DNA of 32,000 nt from Sulfolobus acidocaldarius DSM 639 (GTDB lineage Archaea; Thermoproteota; Thermoprotei_A; Sulfolobales; Sulfolobaceae), in NCBI RefSeq assembly GCF_000012285.1, contig NC_007181.1:180001-212000 (forward strand). Direction: 5' to 3'. The notes beneath the pieces are model-generated. The model was not told the origin of the DNA and did no database searches. It worked only from the letters and a program-made list of their open reading frames with translations. The position numbers and the translations under genes were made by a program. Of the stretch, positions 21,439 through 31,569 are shown piece after piece (within the stretch, counting starts at the first letter, position 1; the number at the start of each line of letters is the position of its first letter).

Positions 21439-21814
21439 TATCTATAAAGTCTGTAATAATAAAGTTTTCCTGTCTTTATCCGTCAGATTAAAAAGGAAGT
21501 ATAGAGAGAGACTAACCATGAAAACTAATATAGTTTATCTTATGGAATAAGATAGTCAGGAAAGTCATACAAAATTAAATTCTAAAGGCTGAATTATTTT
21601 TAGAAATAAATAAGATGTATGTAGATGTTTTTAGCTATTATATTTCACTTCTCCTTTCAGCTCGACCAATTAAAGATATGATTTTACATCATGTCGACTT
21701 AGTATTTATTTATGTATTTTCTATTTAAAATATTGATAACATTCTAGTCCTAAGCACAGATAGTGATTTTATGATCATATATAGGACTGACAGCGAGATC
21801 GTCCCCCATGTGGA

Positions 21815-22708
21815 TTGTTATTAGGATTTCCCGAAGAAGAAATTTTAAGTCAAGAACAACATAATATATATCGTAGAGATAACGTGATAAGAATACTAAT
21901 TTGTTTCTCATTGATCACCGCTAGTCTATTGATTACCTCCATATTTGCTAATAGTGCTTTATTATTCACTGAATTTATCCACTCGTTAGTGGATCTAATC
22001 CCCATAGCTTTTGCATTCTATGCATTAAGGATTATTGACAGGATTGACAGTAAATACACTTACGGATTGCATAGACTCGAAATTGTAAGCTCATTATTCA
22101 ACATATTCACCGTAGTAGCAGGAAGCGTCTTTAGTGTGTATATCTCTACCGTTGAGCTAATTGAAGGCTCAAGAGGAGACTTCTTACTAGTTCTAATCTC
22201 TTCTTCTATAGCCCTCTCTTTATCTCTTGTAGCCTCCACCGATAAGAGTGAAGAGGGAAGGGTTAGCGGAAGTAAACTACATGCGATCCAAGACTCGCTA
22301 GCATATATATTAGCTGTTATTTCATCCTTACTTATTATTATTATGAAAATATACTTCATTGATCCTGTTTCAGCGTATATCTTAAATGGAGTCCTTGTAA
22401 TTACATCACTAAGTCCTTTAAAGTTCTCTTATAACATCTTGATGGAGAAATCACCTATTGACACAAAAAGCGTGGAAACTGAATTACAATCTATCTTTCC
22501 ACAAGTTCATCATATCCATGTATGGTCCATATGTGATCATTTAAATGTAGCTACACTTCATGTAAGAGAGAACCCTGACCTAACTTTGAGAGAACTTGAT
22601 AAAAAAAGGGAGTACGCAGAAAAAGTTCTAAGGGAAAAATTTGGGATTACACATGTTACAATACAGTTTGAAGCGAATAATAAAAAAGAGAGGCTTGAGA
22701 AAATTTAA
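21815..22708 (+). CDS. Cation diffusion facilitator (CDF) transporter
   Basis: TEFIHSLVDLIPIAFAFYALR, YGLHRLEIVSSLFN, AIQDSLAYILAVISS; C-terminal domain VHHIHVWSICDHLNVATLHV. Confidence 0.88.
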   Translation: MLLGFPEEEILSQEQHNIYRRDNVIRILICFSLITASLLITSIFANSALLFTEFIHSLVDLIPIAFAFYALRIIDRIDSKYTYGLHRLEIVSSLFNIFTVVAGSVFSVYISTVELIEGSRGDFLLVLISSSIALSLSLVASTDKSEEGRVSGSKLHAIQDSLAYILAVISSLLIIIMKIYFIDPVSAYILNGVLVITSLSPLKFSYNILMEKSPIDTKSVETELQSIFPQVHHIHVWSICDHLNVATLHVRENPDLTLRELDKKREYAEKVLREKFGITHVTIQFEANNKKERLEKI

Positions 22709-23838
22709 CCTCTATTTTCTAATGGTACGTAATCCCTCTGCGATGGTCCTACATATAGGGCTCTGGGTCTTATTAGCCTGTGTTGCTCTTCCACATATTC
22801 AATAAAATGAGCCAACCATCCTAAAGTTCTGGACAGCGCAAATATTCCTGTGAACATGTAGATTGGGAAGCCTATGCCATAAAATACAATCCCTGAGTAG
22901 AAGTCTGTATTTGGATAGACTCCTTTACCTGAGAATGTTTCTACTCCTAACTTTTCAAGTCTTTCAGCAATGTCAAGATACTTCTTAACTTGCTCATTCC
23001 CACTAGCTAATTCCTCCGCATACTTCTTGAATATTTTTCCTCTTGGATCAAAAGTCCTATAAACTCTATGTCCAAACCCCATTAATCTCTTTTTCTTATC
23101 TAGAATATTGGTTTTGAACCATTCATCTACTTTTTCAGGAGAACCTATTTCTACAAATTGCTTAAAGGCTTCCTCAGCAGCTCCTCCATGTAATGGACCT
23201 TTTAATGCTGAGAGGGCTGCAACTATGCAAGAGTAAAGGTCTGATAATGTGGAAGCTGCAACAAGTCCAGCTGTTGTGGATGCAGGAACTTCATGATCAG
23301 TGTAGAGTATTAATGCAATGTCCATGGCTTTTACCTTCTTGTCCTCTACATGTCCTCCAAATGCTGCCTCTAAAAAGCTCCTAGCTAAACTCTCACTAGG
23401 TTGTGGTATTCTTGGTTTCAATCCCTCCTTAGCCCTATAAATATTTGCTAATATTGTAGCTGTTTTCGCTACGATCTCTATTGCTATATCCTTGTTTTTA
23501 GCCTTCTCCCAGGTAGGGTTATAAATTGCTGCAAGTACTCCAAAAGCCGCTTCCATTAAGCCAATAGTCTCTGATTCTTTAGGTAGTGAGTAAATTAGGT
23601 TTATTGCCTGGTCAGGTACTTCGAAGCTCTCATCTAGTTTATTTTTAACTCTCTGGAGATCTGATTTTTTAGGAAGTTCTCCATAAAGCATTAGGTAGAT
23701 AATTTCCTCATAGGTAGAATATTTTGCTAAATCTTCTATGCTGTAACCTCTGTACCTTAATACTCCATTTACACCATCAATGTAGGTTAAACTAGTTGAT
23801 TTTATGTATACATCTTCTAATCCTCTGCTTACTGACGT
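22705..23838 (-). CDS. gltA: Citrate synthase / 2-methylcitrate synthase, extended upstream of the track start (23691) to a candidate ACG start at 23838-23836
   Basis: LMGFGHRVYRTFDPRGKIF, LYTDHEVPASTTAGLVAAS, LKGPLHGGAAEEAFKQF. The upstream codons translate to (M)SVSRGLEDVYIKSTSLTYIDGVNGVLRYRGYSIEDLAKYSTYEEIIYLM, which matches the conserved N-terminus of Sulfolobus citrate synthases. Confidence 0.88.
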   Translation of the reverse strand, partial: TSVSRGLEDVYIKSTSLTYIDGVNGVLRYRGYSIEDLAKYSTYEEIIYLMLYGELPKKSDLQRVKNKLDESFEVPDQAINLIYSLPKESETIGLMEAAFGVLAAIYNPTWEKAKNKDIAIEIVAKTATILANIYRAKEGLKPRIPQPSESLARSFLEAAFGGHVEDKKVKAMDIALILYTDHEVPASTTAGLVAASTLSDLYSCIVAALSALKGPLHGGAAEEAFKQFVEIGSPEKVDEWFKTNILDKKKRLMGFGHRVYRTFDPRGKIFKKYAEELASGNEQVKKYLDIAERLEKLGVETFSGKGVYPNTDFYSGIVFYGIGFPIYMFTGIFALSRTLGWLAHFIEYVEEQHRLIRPRALYVGPSQRDYVPLENRG

Positions 23839-23840
23839 AT

Positions 23841-24056
23841 TTAATCCCCTCTTACATGATTTATGTTTACTTCTCTGATTAAATCTCTAGTTGAAATGAT
23901 TCCCTTAATTTTACCAGATTTGTCAAGGTTTAATGAGTATCTTTTGTAAATTGTGTGAAATGTTGGATCTCTTAAATAGTTAAAATAGTTTTTACCTAAC
24001 TTTTCATAGAAAAAATTATCTTTAAAAATTAACATGCTTGTAATATAACTCTTCAT
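23841..24056 (-). CDS. Short CBS-domain-like fragment (71 aa)
   Basis: C-terminus SGKIKGIISTRDLIREV resembles the end of a CBS repeat; too short for a full CBS pair. Confidence 0.35.
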   Translation of the reverse strand: MKSYITSMLIFKDNFFYEKLGKNYFNYLRDPTFHTIYKRYSLNLDKSGKIKGIISTRDLIREVNINHVRGD

Positions 24057-24080
24057 GTTTATTTATATCCATTTAGTAAA

Positions 24081-24923
24081 CTATAAATCTTTTGCAAGTT
24101 GTTTATCTAAATCCTCATAAGAGTAATATTTAATAACCTCATACTGCTCTTTCCTAGTCATCATCTTATCCAAGAGAGATTTCTGGGTTCCTTCCTTCAT
24201 CAAGACTTCAAGCGCATCCTTCATTGCCTTTGCTGCAACTCTAAATATAGTAACAGGGAATATTACATATTTGTATCCCATCTCTCTAAACTCCTTGGCT
24301 GTAATGTATGGCGTCTTTCCAAATTCTGTCATGTTTGCCAAAAGAGGTGCCTTTACCTCCTTAGCGAACTTTTGGAACTCATCCTTAGATTCCATAGCCT
24401 CAGGGAATATTATATCTGCGCCAGCCTCTAGGTATGTCTTTGCCCTCTGAATTGCGTCATCAAGACCATTCACTGCCCTAGAGTCGGTTCTGGCTATAAT
24501 TAGCATTTCCTTACGGGCTTTAAGTGCTGCTTTTATTTTAGATACCATGTCCCTTGGGTGCACAACTTCTTTACCATCCAAGTGACCGCATTTTTTGGGT
24601 AAAACTTGATCCTCTATCTGAATTGCATTAGCTCCTGCACTTTCTAAAACTTTTACGGCTCTATATACATTTAAGACTTCCCCAAACCCAGTGTCTGCAT
24701 CAACAATTATTGGTATGTCAGTGACTTCCCTTATTCTCCTTATAATCCAGGCTAATTCATCGAGTGTTATTATGCCTAAATCTGGCATACCGAGGGAAGA
24801 GGTATATGCACCGCCTGAAAGGTAAACTGCTTTAAATCCAACTTGCTCAGCTAGAAGGGCAGTAAATGGATTAAATACCCCGGGAATTAATAAAAAGTCA
24901 GCCTTCCTTAATAGCTCTGACAA
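24081..24923 (-). CDS. prpB: Isocitrate lyase/PEP mutase superfamily protein, PrpB-like (2-methylisocitrate lyase)
   Basis: DADTGFGEVLNVYRAVKVLESAGANAIQIEDQVLPKKCGHLDGKEVV (KKCGH motif); ARTDSRAVNGLDDAIQRAKTYLEAGADIIFPEA. Confidence 0.88.
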   Translation of the reverse strand: MSELLRKADFLLIPGVFNPFTALLAEQVGFKAVYLSGGAYTSSLGMPDLGIITLDELAWIIRRIREVTDIPIIVDADTGFGEVLNVYRAVKVLESAGANAIQIEDQVLPKKCGHLDGKEVVHPRDMVSKIKAALKARKEMLIIARTDSRAVNGLDDAIQRAKTYLEAGADIIFPEAMESKDEFQKFAKEVKAPLLANMTEFGKTPYITAKEFREMGYKYVIFPVTIFRVAAKAMKDALEVLMKEGTQKSLLDKMMTRKEQYEVIKYYSYEDLDKQLAKDL

Positions 24924-26193
24924 GTTCTCTCACCTTAATTGTGTCTAACTGTAAAACTGAATTTATTTGTTTTTCTGACATTCCCAACTTTTTAGCCTTT
25001 TCTACAACTTCATCCTCACTCATAGGATTAGCGTAATGTCCTCTAGGCACTCTAACTTCTGCAGAATATTCTCCCTTACTTGTAATCACCGTTACTTTTG
25101 TGGGTAATTCTCTAGCATAAACCTTTGTGTAATCTTCTCTTTCTACAACCTCCACTCTCTTCATCAGCTCTTCTAACTCCTTATAACCAATTAGATTGTA
25201 TGAATCCAACCATAGGTACTTCTTAAGGAGTGTAACGGTGATTATGAAAGGTATACTGTGATCTGCAGTTTCCTTATTTCTAGGCTTCCATTTGTCTTCA
25301 GTATCTGCTAAAATACTCTTACCAGCCTCATACGTTTCTACAACTATCTTCTTTATCTCTCCCTCATAATTTATTTTCATACCAGCCTCAACAAGTGCCT
25401 CAGCGTGGTATTCCACTGGGTATTTCTTCAACATGGTTCTTAGTATAGCCTTACCCTCTGTTAATTTGAACTTAGAAGAATCCATGTCCTTAGCTATAAT
25501 CGTGGAGAAACCGAACACCCCAGAGAATGGTAGCTCAGGTCCAGTAAATCCGTTCTTTGCCATAAGCGTGGCAAAAACAGCATTTCTTACTGCCTCTGCT
25601 GTGGCTCCTGCTTTCCACATGGATAGCTTTCCACTTCTTGTCTCTCTAAGTGCGACATGTGGAACTATGGTAAGTGAAATTGCATTCTTAGCCTTCTCCT
25701 TATCTAAGGACAATAGATTAGCCATTCCAGCAGCAGCACCTATTCCTAAGAAATTTACATGGTCAAAGCCCTTCTTTCTTAATGAGGTTGTGTCACAAAG
25801 ATTCACTCCAACTTCATAACCCACTGCAATGGCTCTGATTAAGTCCTCACCCTTCAAATCAAATATTGATGCCAATGTAAGTAATCCTCCTATCATATCA
25901 CTTGGGTGAAGTGGTTCAAGGCTAAGATAAGTATCGTTAAAATCAAGGTAACGGATTAACAGTGTGTTGTAGAAGGAGGCAAAATCTGGGCTTGCTTTCA
26001 TTCCATTTAGCATAGGAGCTTCTCCAGGGAAGTACTTAGCTGTCTCTTGGGCAACTTTAGCAGGTTGAGAGTTTATAGATGCTAAAGCTACTGCAATACT
26101 ATCTAGAACGCGCTTCTTTACTTCTTTTACCACGTCATCACTTACTTTAGTTACGGAAGATGCGAACTCCGCTATTGTATCGGAGAGTTCCAT
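24898..26193 (-). CDS. prpD: MmgE/PrpD family protein (2-methylcitrate dehydratase-like)
   Basis: VKKRVLDSIAVALAS, RYLDFNDTYLSLEPLHPSDMIGGLLTLAS, HVNFLGIGAAAGMANLLSLD; adjacent to prpB with 26-bp overlap. Confidence 0.87.
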   Translation of the reverse strand: MELSDTIAEFASSVTKVSDDVVKEVKKRVLDSIAVALASINSQPAKVAQETAKYFPGEAPMLNGMKASPDFASFYNTLLIRYLDFNDTYLSLEPLHPSDMIGGLLTLASIFDLKGEDLIRAIAVGYEVGVNLCDTTSLRKKGFDHVNFLGIGAAAGMANLLSLDKEKAKNAISLTIVPHVALRETRSGKLSMWKAGATAEAVRNAVFATLMAKNGFTGPELPFSGVFGFSTIIAKDMDSSKFKLTEGKAILRTMLKKYPVEYHAEALVEAGMKINYEGEIKKIVVETYEAGKSILADTEDKWKPRNKETADHSIPFIITVTLLKKYLWLDSYNLIGYKELEELMKRVEVVEREDYTKVYARELPTKVTVITSKGEYSAEVRVPRGHYANPMSEDEVVEKAKKLGMSEKQINSVLQLDTIKVRELVRAIKEG

Positions 26194-26396
26194 GTAGTCA
26201 TATTACTGGTACAACTTAAAAATTTAATAATTGTCAATAATCTTCTCCTTATTTATATTAAAGTACTTTATTTTTACAAACACTGTTTATACAAGATCAT
26301 TCTATAATACTATGCTAATAAATGTGCAAAGTAAGGTATTGTATTGTTTTATTTAAATTGGTTAAGTTTAAATCTTTCTAACGTAGATTTTAGGCT

Positions 26397-27317
26397 ATGG
26401 TAAAAGTAGCCTTTATAGGAGTGGGAAGAGTAGGTCAAACTATAGCTTATAATACAATAGTTAACGGGTATGCAGACGAAGTAATGCTTTACGATGTAGT
26501 TCCAGAGTTACCAGAGAAATTTGAGCATGAAATTAGGCACGCATTAGCAGCCTTGAGAGTTAAGACTGAACTGTTGAGCACCAATAATATAGATGATATT
26601 TCGGGAGCAGATATTGTAGTAATCACAGCTGGAAAACCAAGGAAACCTGGTATGAGTAGAAGGGATCTGTTCATCGACAACGCTAAGATAATGATAGATC
26701 TAGCAAAGAAACTTCCAAAGAAAAACAAAGGTGCAATGTATATCATGGTAGCTAACCCAGTGGATATGATGGCGTCAGTATTTATGAAGTACTCTGGAGA
26801 GAATACAATTAGCACTGGTAACCAGGTAGAGACAATGAGAATGAGGTCTTACATTGCAAAGAAATTGAATATACCAGCATATGAAGTAGGAGGATATGTT
26901 GGTGGTGAACACGGAGAGGCTGCAATGGTATTATGGAGTACTGTAACAGTGAAAGGCAAACCTTTCAGTGAGAGTTTAGGCGTAAATAAGGCTGAGGTAG
27001 AAGATTACGTTAAGAAAATTGCTGCTGAGATAATAAGAGTTTTAGGCGGAACAACATGGGGTCCAGGTGCTGATATTGAAGAGGTGATCAGAAGTGTCGC
27101 ACTTAATGAGGGTAAAGTCATGTCTGTTGCATTCCCCCACAAATATGAGGACGAGATAATTCACATAAGTGAACCAGTTGTTGTAGGTAGAACTGTAGGT
27201 CCTGCACTGACCTCAGCATTAGATGAAAATGACAAAGCTAGACTGTCACAGGCGATAAAAGAAGTTTATAACGTTTATAAGAGTAACTTAAAAGAGTTAG
27301 AGCAAGTAATATCTTGA
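26397..27317 (+). CDS. mdh: Malate dehydrogenase (LDH/MDH family)
   Basis: [84 protein letters not shown]. Confidence 0.9.
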   Translation: MVKVAFIGVGRVGQTIAYNTIVNGYADEVMLYDVVPELPEKFEHEIRHALAALRVKTELLSTNNIDDISGADIVVITAGKPRKPGMSRRDLFIDNAKIMIDLAKKLPKKNKGAMYIMVANPVDMMASVFMKYSGENTISTGNQVETMRMRSYIAKKLNIPAYEVGGYVGGEHGEAAMVLWSTVTVKGKPFSESLGVNKAEVEDYVKKIAAEIIRVLGGTTWGPGADIEEVIRSVALNEGKVMSVAFPHKYEDEIIHISEPVVVGRTVGPALTSALDENDKARLSQAIKEVYNVYKSNLKELEQVIS

Positions 27318-27318
27318 T

Positions 27319-28218
27319 ATGTTAATACTCTCAACTGAAAAACTTCCAGATGAATGTAAGAGACTACTGCCTAATGCAAGGGATCAATTCAATGAAGACG
27401 ATGTGCCAAAAGCAGACATTTTAATGTTATGGCCCCTTCAAGCTAAGGTGTTTTTACCAAAGGCTAAATCTGTGAAAGCAGTCCAGACTTTTTCTGCAGG
27501 TGTGGATGACTTCCCATTTTCTCTCTTACCTAAAGGAGTAGATGTTTTTTCAAATGCGGGAGCTTACTCAGTTTCAGTTGCTGAACACGCTTTTGCTTTG
27601 ATAATGACTTTAGCCAAGGGTATAGGAAAGAGAGATAGAACATTTAGACCATATCCATTAACTGGTGTAAATTTAATGGTCTTAGGAGGAGGAGGTATAG
27701 GCTCAGAGGTAGCAAGAATAGGCAAAATGGGCTTTAACATGTATGTCATAGGTGTTTCTAGATCCTTTAAGAGACCTGAGCTTTTCGACGAGAAGCATAA
27801 CATCTCTGAGCTGAAGGACATAATAGGCAAGGCTGATATCATAGTAGATACACTACCTTTAACTAAATTAACAGACGGTATTCTCAACTACGATATGCTC
27901 TCTAGGGTAAAGGAAAATGCAATCATTGTGAACGTAGGTAGGGGGGAGACAGTTGTGGAGGAAGATGTCTACAGATTATTAAAGGAGAGGAAGGATGTTA
28001 GGTTTGGTACAGACGTATTTTGGAGGAAGAATGGGGTTGAGGACTTTAACAGTAAGTTGTGGGAACTGGATAACTTCACCGGAACTCCTCATACTGGAGG
28101 AGCTTATGGAAATGATGTGGTAAAGACAAATGCTATAATTGAAGCTTGTAAGAATGTATACAACTACATTACAAGTGGAAAAGCTGAAAATAAAGTTAGA
28201 ATTGAGGATTATTTGTAG
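27319..28218 (+). CDS. D-2-hydroxyacid dehydrogenase (NAD-binding)
   Basis: VMVLGGGGIGSEVARIGKMGFNMYVIGVSRS, NVGRGETVVEEDVYRLLKE, NFTGTPHTGGAYG. 1-bp spacing from mdh. Confidence 0.88.
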   Translation: MLILSTEKLPDECKRLLPNARDQFNEDDVPKADILMLWPLQAKVFLPKAKSVKAVQTFSAGVDDFPFSLLPKGVDVFSNAGAYSVSVAEHAFALIMTLAKGIGKRDRTFRPYPLTGVNLMVLGGGGIGSEVARIGKMGFNMYVIGVSRSFKRPELFDEKHNISELKDIIGKADIIVDTLPLTKLTDGILNYDMLSRVKENAIIVNVGRGETVVEEDVYRLLKERKDVRFGTDVFWRKNGVEDFNSKLWELDNFTGTPHTGGAYGNDVVKTNAIIEACKNVYNYITSGKAENKVRIEDYL

Positions 28219-28281
28219 CATATAATCACATATAGAATTTTTTAAGGCAAATTTTTAAACTGATATGACCCTAAATAAATT

Positions 28282-28731
28282 GTGACTTACTGGATAATAC
28301 CGGTGCAAGAGGACTTCTGGGAGGCAGTGTCTTCGCTGAATGTATTTGGGCACAACAAGGAGAGGGCAACGAGATATATTAAGAAGGGAGACTTGCTCAT
28401 ATTTTATGTTAACAAGTATTACGCTAAAAGATTGGGAGGGATGTTTGTCGGGATATATAGGGTATCATCTGATTGGTATACTGACACTACACCGCTTTTT
28501 CCTGATGAAAAGTTACAAAATAAAGTTATTCACACCTATAGAATTAACATCGAACCATTATTAGCAGGCAAATGTCCAGTTAGAGATATACTTTATGAAC
28601 TTTCGTTCATAGAAGATAAGTTTCAATTTTCAAAATTTCTCAGAAACGTTCCAGGTAATCTCAGGAGACCTGTACCTGTAAGTGATGCGAAACTTATAGA
28701 GGAATGCATAAAGAAATCTAATGAAGTATAA
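28282..28731 (+). CDS. EVE/PUA-like domain protein
   Basis: [17 protein letters not shown]…[52 protein letters not shown]. Confidence 0.65.
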   Translation: MTYWIIPVQEDFWEAVSSLNVFGHNKERATRYIKKGDLLIFYVNKYYAKRLGGMFVGIYRVSSDWYTDTTPLFPDEKLQNKVIHTYRINIEPLLAGKCPVRDILYELSFIEDKFQFSKFLRNVPGNLRRPVPVSDAKLIEECIKKSNEV

Positions 28732-28778
28732 AACTCACTTTATCTATCACTTATAAACCTTCACCAATACTAAATTTT

Positions 28779-29942
28779 ATGATTAAAAGAAAACGCCTTC
28801 TAATGCACGTAGGACCAGTCGATATATACGACGAAGTTTTATATGCAGGATTAAAACATAATGTAGGGTTCTCATCAGAGGAGTTTGTACAGGCATTTCA
28901 ATTTTGCCTTAAGGAAACTAGGAAATTGTTCAGAGTGGATAACAGTTATCAGCCATTTATTATACCAGGCAGCGGAACCTCTGCTATGGAGAGTGTAACG
29001 TCTTTTTTGGGCAAAGACAATAAAGTCTTAGTTGCATCCAACGGCGTTTTTGGTGACAGATGGGTAAATATTTTCAAGAGATACCCTCTGAAAGTTGATT
29101 ATCTAGGTAGTGAGGTTGGGGATTACGTTTCAGTAGATAAGATAGAAGAAAAGGTAAGGAAAGAAAAATATGATCTAGTTACACTTACCCATGTCGAAAC
29201 AAGTACAGGTGTTAGACAACCTATAGAGGAGACAGTAAAGAGAATAAGAGACTACGTGGACTTAATAGTTGTTGATGGAGTCTCAAGTGTAGGAGCAGAG
29301 GAGGTAAGGGCTAAAGATTGGGGGGTTGACATTTACTTAACAGCTAGCCAAAAGGCAATAGGTGCTCCCCCAGGTTTAGGAATTTTAGTTGCCTCTGAAA
29401 AGGCTATGGAGTCGATTAAGGGGGATAGTGTAGCAGGCTATTACTTAGATTTAAGGAACTGGCTTCCTGTTATGAGGAATATGGAAGACGGAAAAGGATC
29501 ATACTTTGCAACACCACCAGTACACACTATATTCATGCTGGCGCAAGCCTTCAAGTTAATACAGGAGGAGGGATTGGATAACAGGATAAAGAGGCATGAA
29601 AAGGTCGCTAAAGTAATAAGGGCAGGTATAGAGAGTATGGGATTGCGACTTGTAGCTAAAAGACCAGAATCCTACAGTAACACTGTAACTGGAGTAATAT
29701 TAAATAAGGTAAGGGCTGAGGAGGTATTAAAAGAGATAGTTAATGAGGGAGTGGAACTAGCTCCAGGAGTTCATCCTGCTCTACAGGGTAGATATGTGAG
29801 AATAGGTCATATGGGATGGGTTACTCCTAACGACGCTGTAGTCACTATCTCAGCTGTTGAAAGAACCTTGAGAAAACTTGGAGAAGATATCAATGTGGGG
29901 AGTGGTGTGAGGTCTGCCCAAGCTTTTATACTAGATGGATAA
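28779..29942 (+). CDS. Class V aminotransferase (serine/alanine-glyoxylate type)
   Basis: [59 protein letters not shown] (PLP Lys). Confidence 0.9.
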   Translation: MIKRKRLLMHVGPVDIYDEVLYAGLKHNVGFSSEEFVQAFQFCLKETRKLFRVDNSYQPFIIPGSGTSAMESVTSFLGKDNKVLVASNGVFGDRWVNIFKRYPLKVDYLGSEVGDYVSVDKIEEKVRKEKYDLVTLTHVETSTGVRQPIEETVKRIRDYVDLIVVDGVSSVGAEEVRAKDWGVDIYLTASQKAIGAPPGLGILVASEKAMESIKGDSVAGYYLDLRNWLPVMRNMEDGKGSYFATPPVHTIFMLAQAFKLIQEEGLDNRIKRHEKVAKVIRAGIESMGLRLVAKRPESYSNTVTGVILNKVRAEEVLKEIVNEGVELAPGVHPALQGRYVRIGHMGWVTPNDAVVTISAVERTLRKLGEDINVGSGVRSAQAFILDG

Positions 29943-29951
29943 TCTATCCAT

Positions 29952-30617
29952 ATGGACCTATATGAGGCTATTAAGAAGAGAAGAGACGTAAGGAGTTACT
30001 ATAGGAAAGATCCCATACCTGATGAAGTCTTAGCAAAAATTTTAATGGCTGCACACTTAGCACCATCTGTAGGTTTTTCTCAGCCGTGGAACTTCATAAT
30101 TATCAGAGATATAGAAAAAAGGAAGAAGATAAAAGAGCTCGTCCAGAAGGAGAGGGAAAACTTTAGACAACAACTAAGTGAGGAGAGAAAAGAGATTTTT
30201 GATAGGATAAAAATAGAGGCAATACTAGATACACCAATTAACATAGCAGTAACATGTGACCCACAAAGGTTTGGTCCTAATGTATTAGGTAGAAGTACTA
30301 TGCCTTACTTATGTCAATATAGTACCGTTTTGGCGATCGAAAACCTATGGTTAGCATCTACTGCAGAAGGTATAGGAGTAGGTTGGGTAAGTTTCTTCCA
30401 TAAAGAAGACGTAAAGAGAATTTTAAATATTCCTGATTCAGTGGACTTAGTAGCTTACCTCACGTTAGGTTATGTAACTCATTTTCCGGACAGACCTGAA
30501 CTAGAGGAAAAGGGATGGCTCAAAAGGTTACCATTAGAGGATTTAGTATTTGAAGACGAATACGGAAAGAGACCATCAGATAACATGGTATTGGCAATCA
30601 AGAACGTGAAACTTTGA
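29952..30617 (+). CDS. bluB: Nitroreductase-fold protein of the BluB (5,6-dimethylbenzimidazole synthase) type
   Basis: [46 protein letters not shown]; [51 protein letters not shown]; [26 protein letters not shown]. Confidence 0.75.
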   Translation: MDLYEAIKKRRDVRSYYRKDPIPDEVLAKILMAAHLAPSVGFSQPWNFIIIRDIEKRKKIKELVQKERENFRQQLSEERKEIFDRIKIEAILDTPINIAVTCDPQRFGPNVLGRSTMPYLCQYSTVLAIENLWLASTAEGIGVGWVSFFHKEDVKRILNIPDSVDLVAYLTLGYVTHFPDRPELEEKGWLKRLPLEDLVFEDEYGKRPSDNMVLAIKNVKL

Positions 30618-30737
30618 CGAAAAGAGATTGAAAATCTGATTCATTTTCTATTTTACCCTTTAATTTTTATGGTGTAATGGAAATAAGTAGTTAGAGATGA
30701 AGAACCAGTCATGGTTTTACATTAATCATAGATTGAC

Positions 30738-30971
30738 TTAATTTGAGCTTTTCTTAAGCCTCTTAATAATTCTCAGTGTCATCTGACCAATTGAGAAGAC
30801 AAGCAAAAATTCTACTGTATACACTATAACTGAATACAATAGGAGAAAAGGTATAGAAGTAGCTAATTCATATACTATCTGTCCATAAATGACTCTTATA
30901 GCTTCTATTCCAATCCTTACATCTATAAATGTAAATAGGAGGGACAGTAGAGCGAAAATAACCAACTTCAT
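30738..30971 (-). CDS. Small membrane protein (77 aa)
   Basis: Two hydrophobic helices; no family recognised. Confidence 0.4.
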   Translation of the reverse strand: MKLVIFALLSLLFTFIDVRIGIEAIRVIYGQIVYELATSIPFLLLYSVIVYTVEFLLVFSIGQMTLRIIKRLKKSSN

Positions 30972-31083
30972 GCTTTTAGTATGGTTTAACCTTATAGATA
31001 AGCTTTACTTTTAGAAAGATCTTATTTTTTAAAAATGTATAAAGTGAAACTTTCGATGAATTACACTTATTCTACCAAAAGTG

Positions 31084-31569
31084 TTAAGAGGCTTTCTTCA
31101 GGTACGTTATAAGTCCACCAGTTATCAATATCTCTAATGGCATTCCTGAAATGCCCTTACCCTTCAATACTTTACTTCCGTTAACTACGATTTCCCCTGT
31201 CTCAACATTTACTCTTACTAGGTCACCCTGATTGATCTCTTTCGTAGCGTTCTGAAGTGTTATTACAGGTAGTCCGTTATTAATAGCGTTTCTGAAGAAA
31301 ATTCTGGCAAATGATTCTGCTATTATTGCCTTTACTCCCGCAGCCTTAAGAGCCATTGCAGCCTGTTCTCTGGAGGATCCCATTCCGAATACCTTCCCTG
31401 CTACAATTATCACTCCTGAAGAGGCTTTCTTATAGAACTCTGGATCTAATGGTTCCATCGCATGCTGGGCTAAATACTGTGGATCAGTATACTTTAGGTA
31501 CTTGGCGGGAATAATAATGTCTGTATCTATTTTGTCTCCAAATTTTAGGACTTTAGCTTCTATTATCAT
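31084..31569 (-). CDS. leuD: 3-isopropylmalate dehydratase small subunit (LeuD-type)
   Basis: [14 protein letters not shown]-like start; [44 protein letters not shown]. Confidence 0.92.
   Translation of the reverse strand: MIIEAKVLKFGDKIDTDIIIPAKYLKYTDPQYLAQHAMEPLDPEFYKKASSGVIIVAGKVFGMGSSREQAAMALKAAGVKAIIAESFARIFFRNAINNGLPVITLQNATKEINQGDLVRVNVETGEIVVNGSKVLKGKGISGMPLEILITGGLITYLKKAS

Noticed and set aside
21194-21550. 118 aa plus-strand ORF
   Set aside because: Largely antisense to the hydrophobic ORF 21088..21438. The opposite frame has a more coherent multi-TM profile, but neither is certain.
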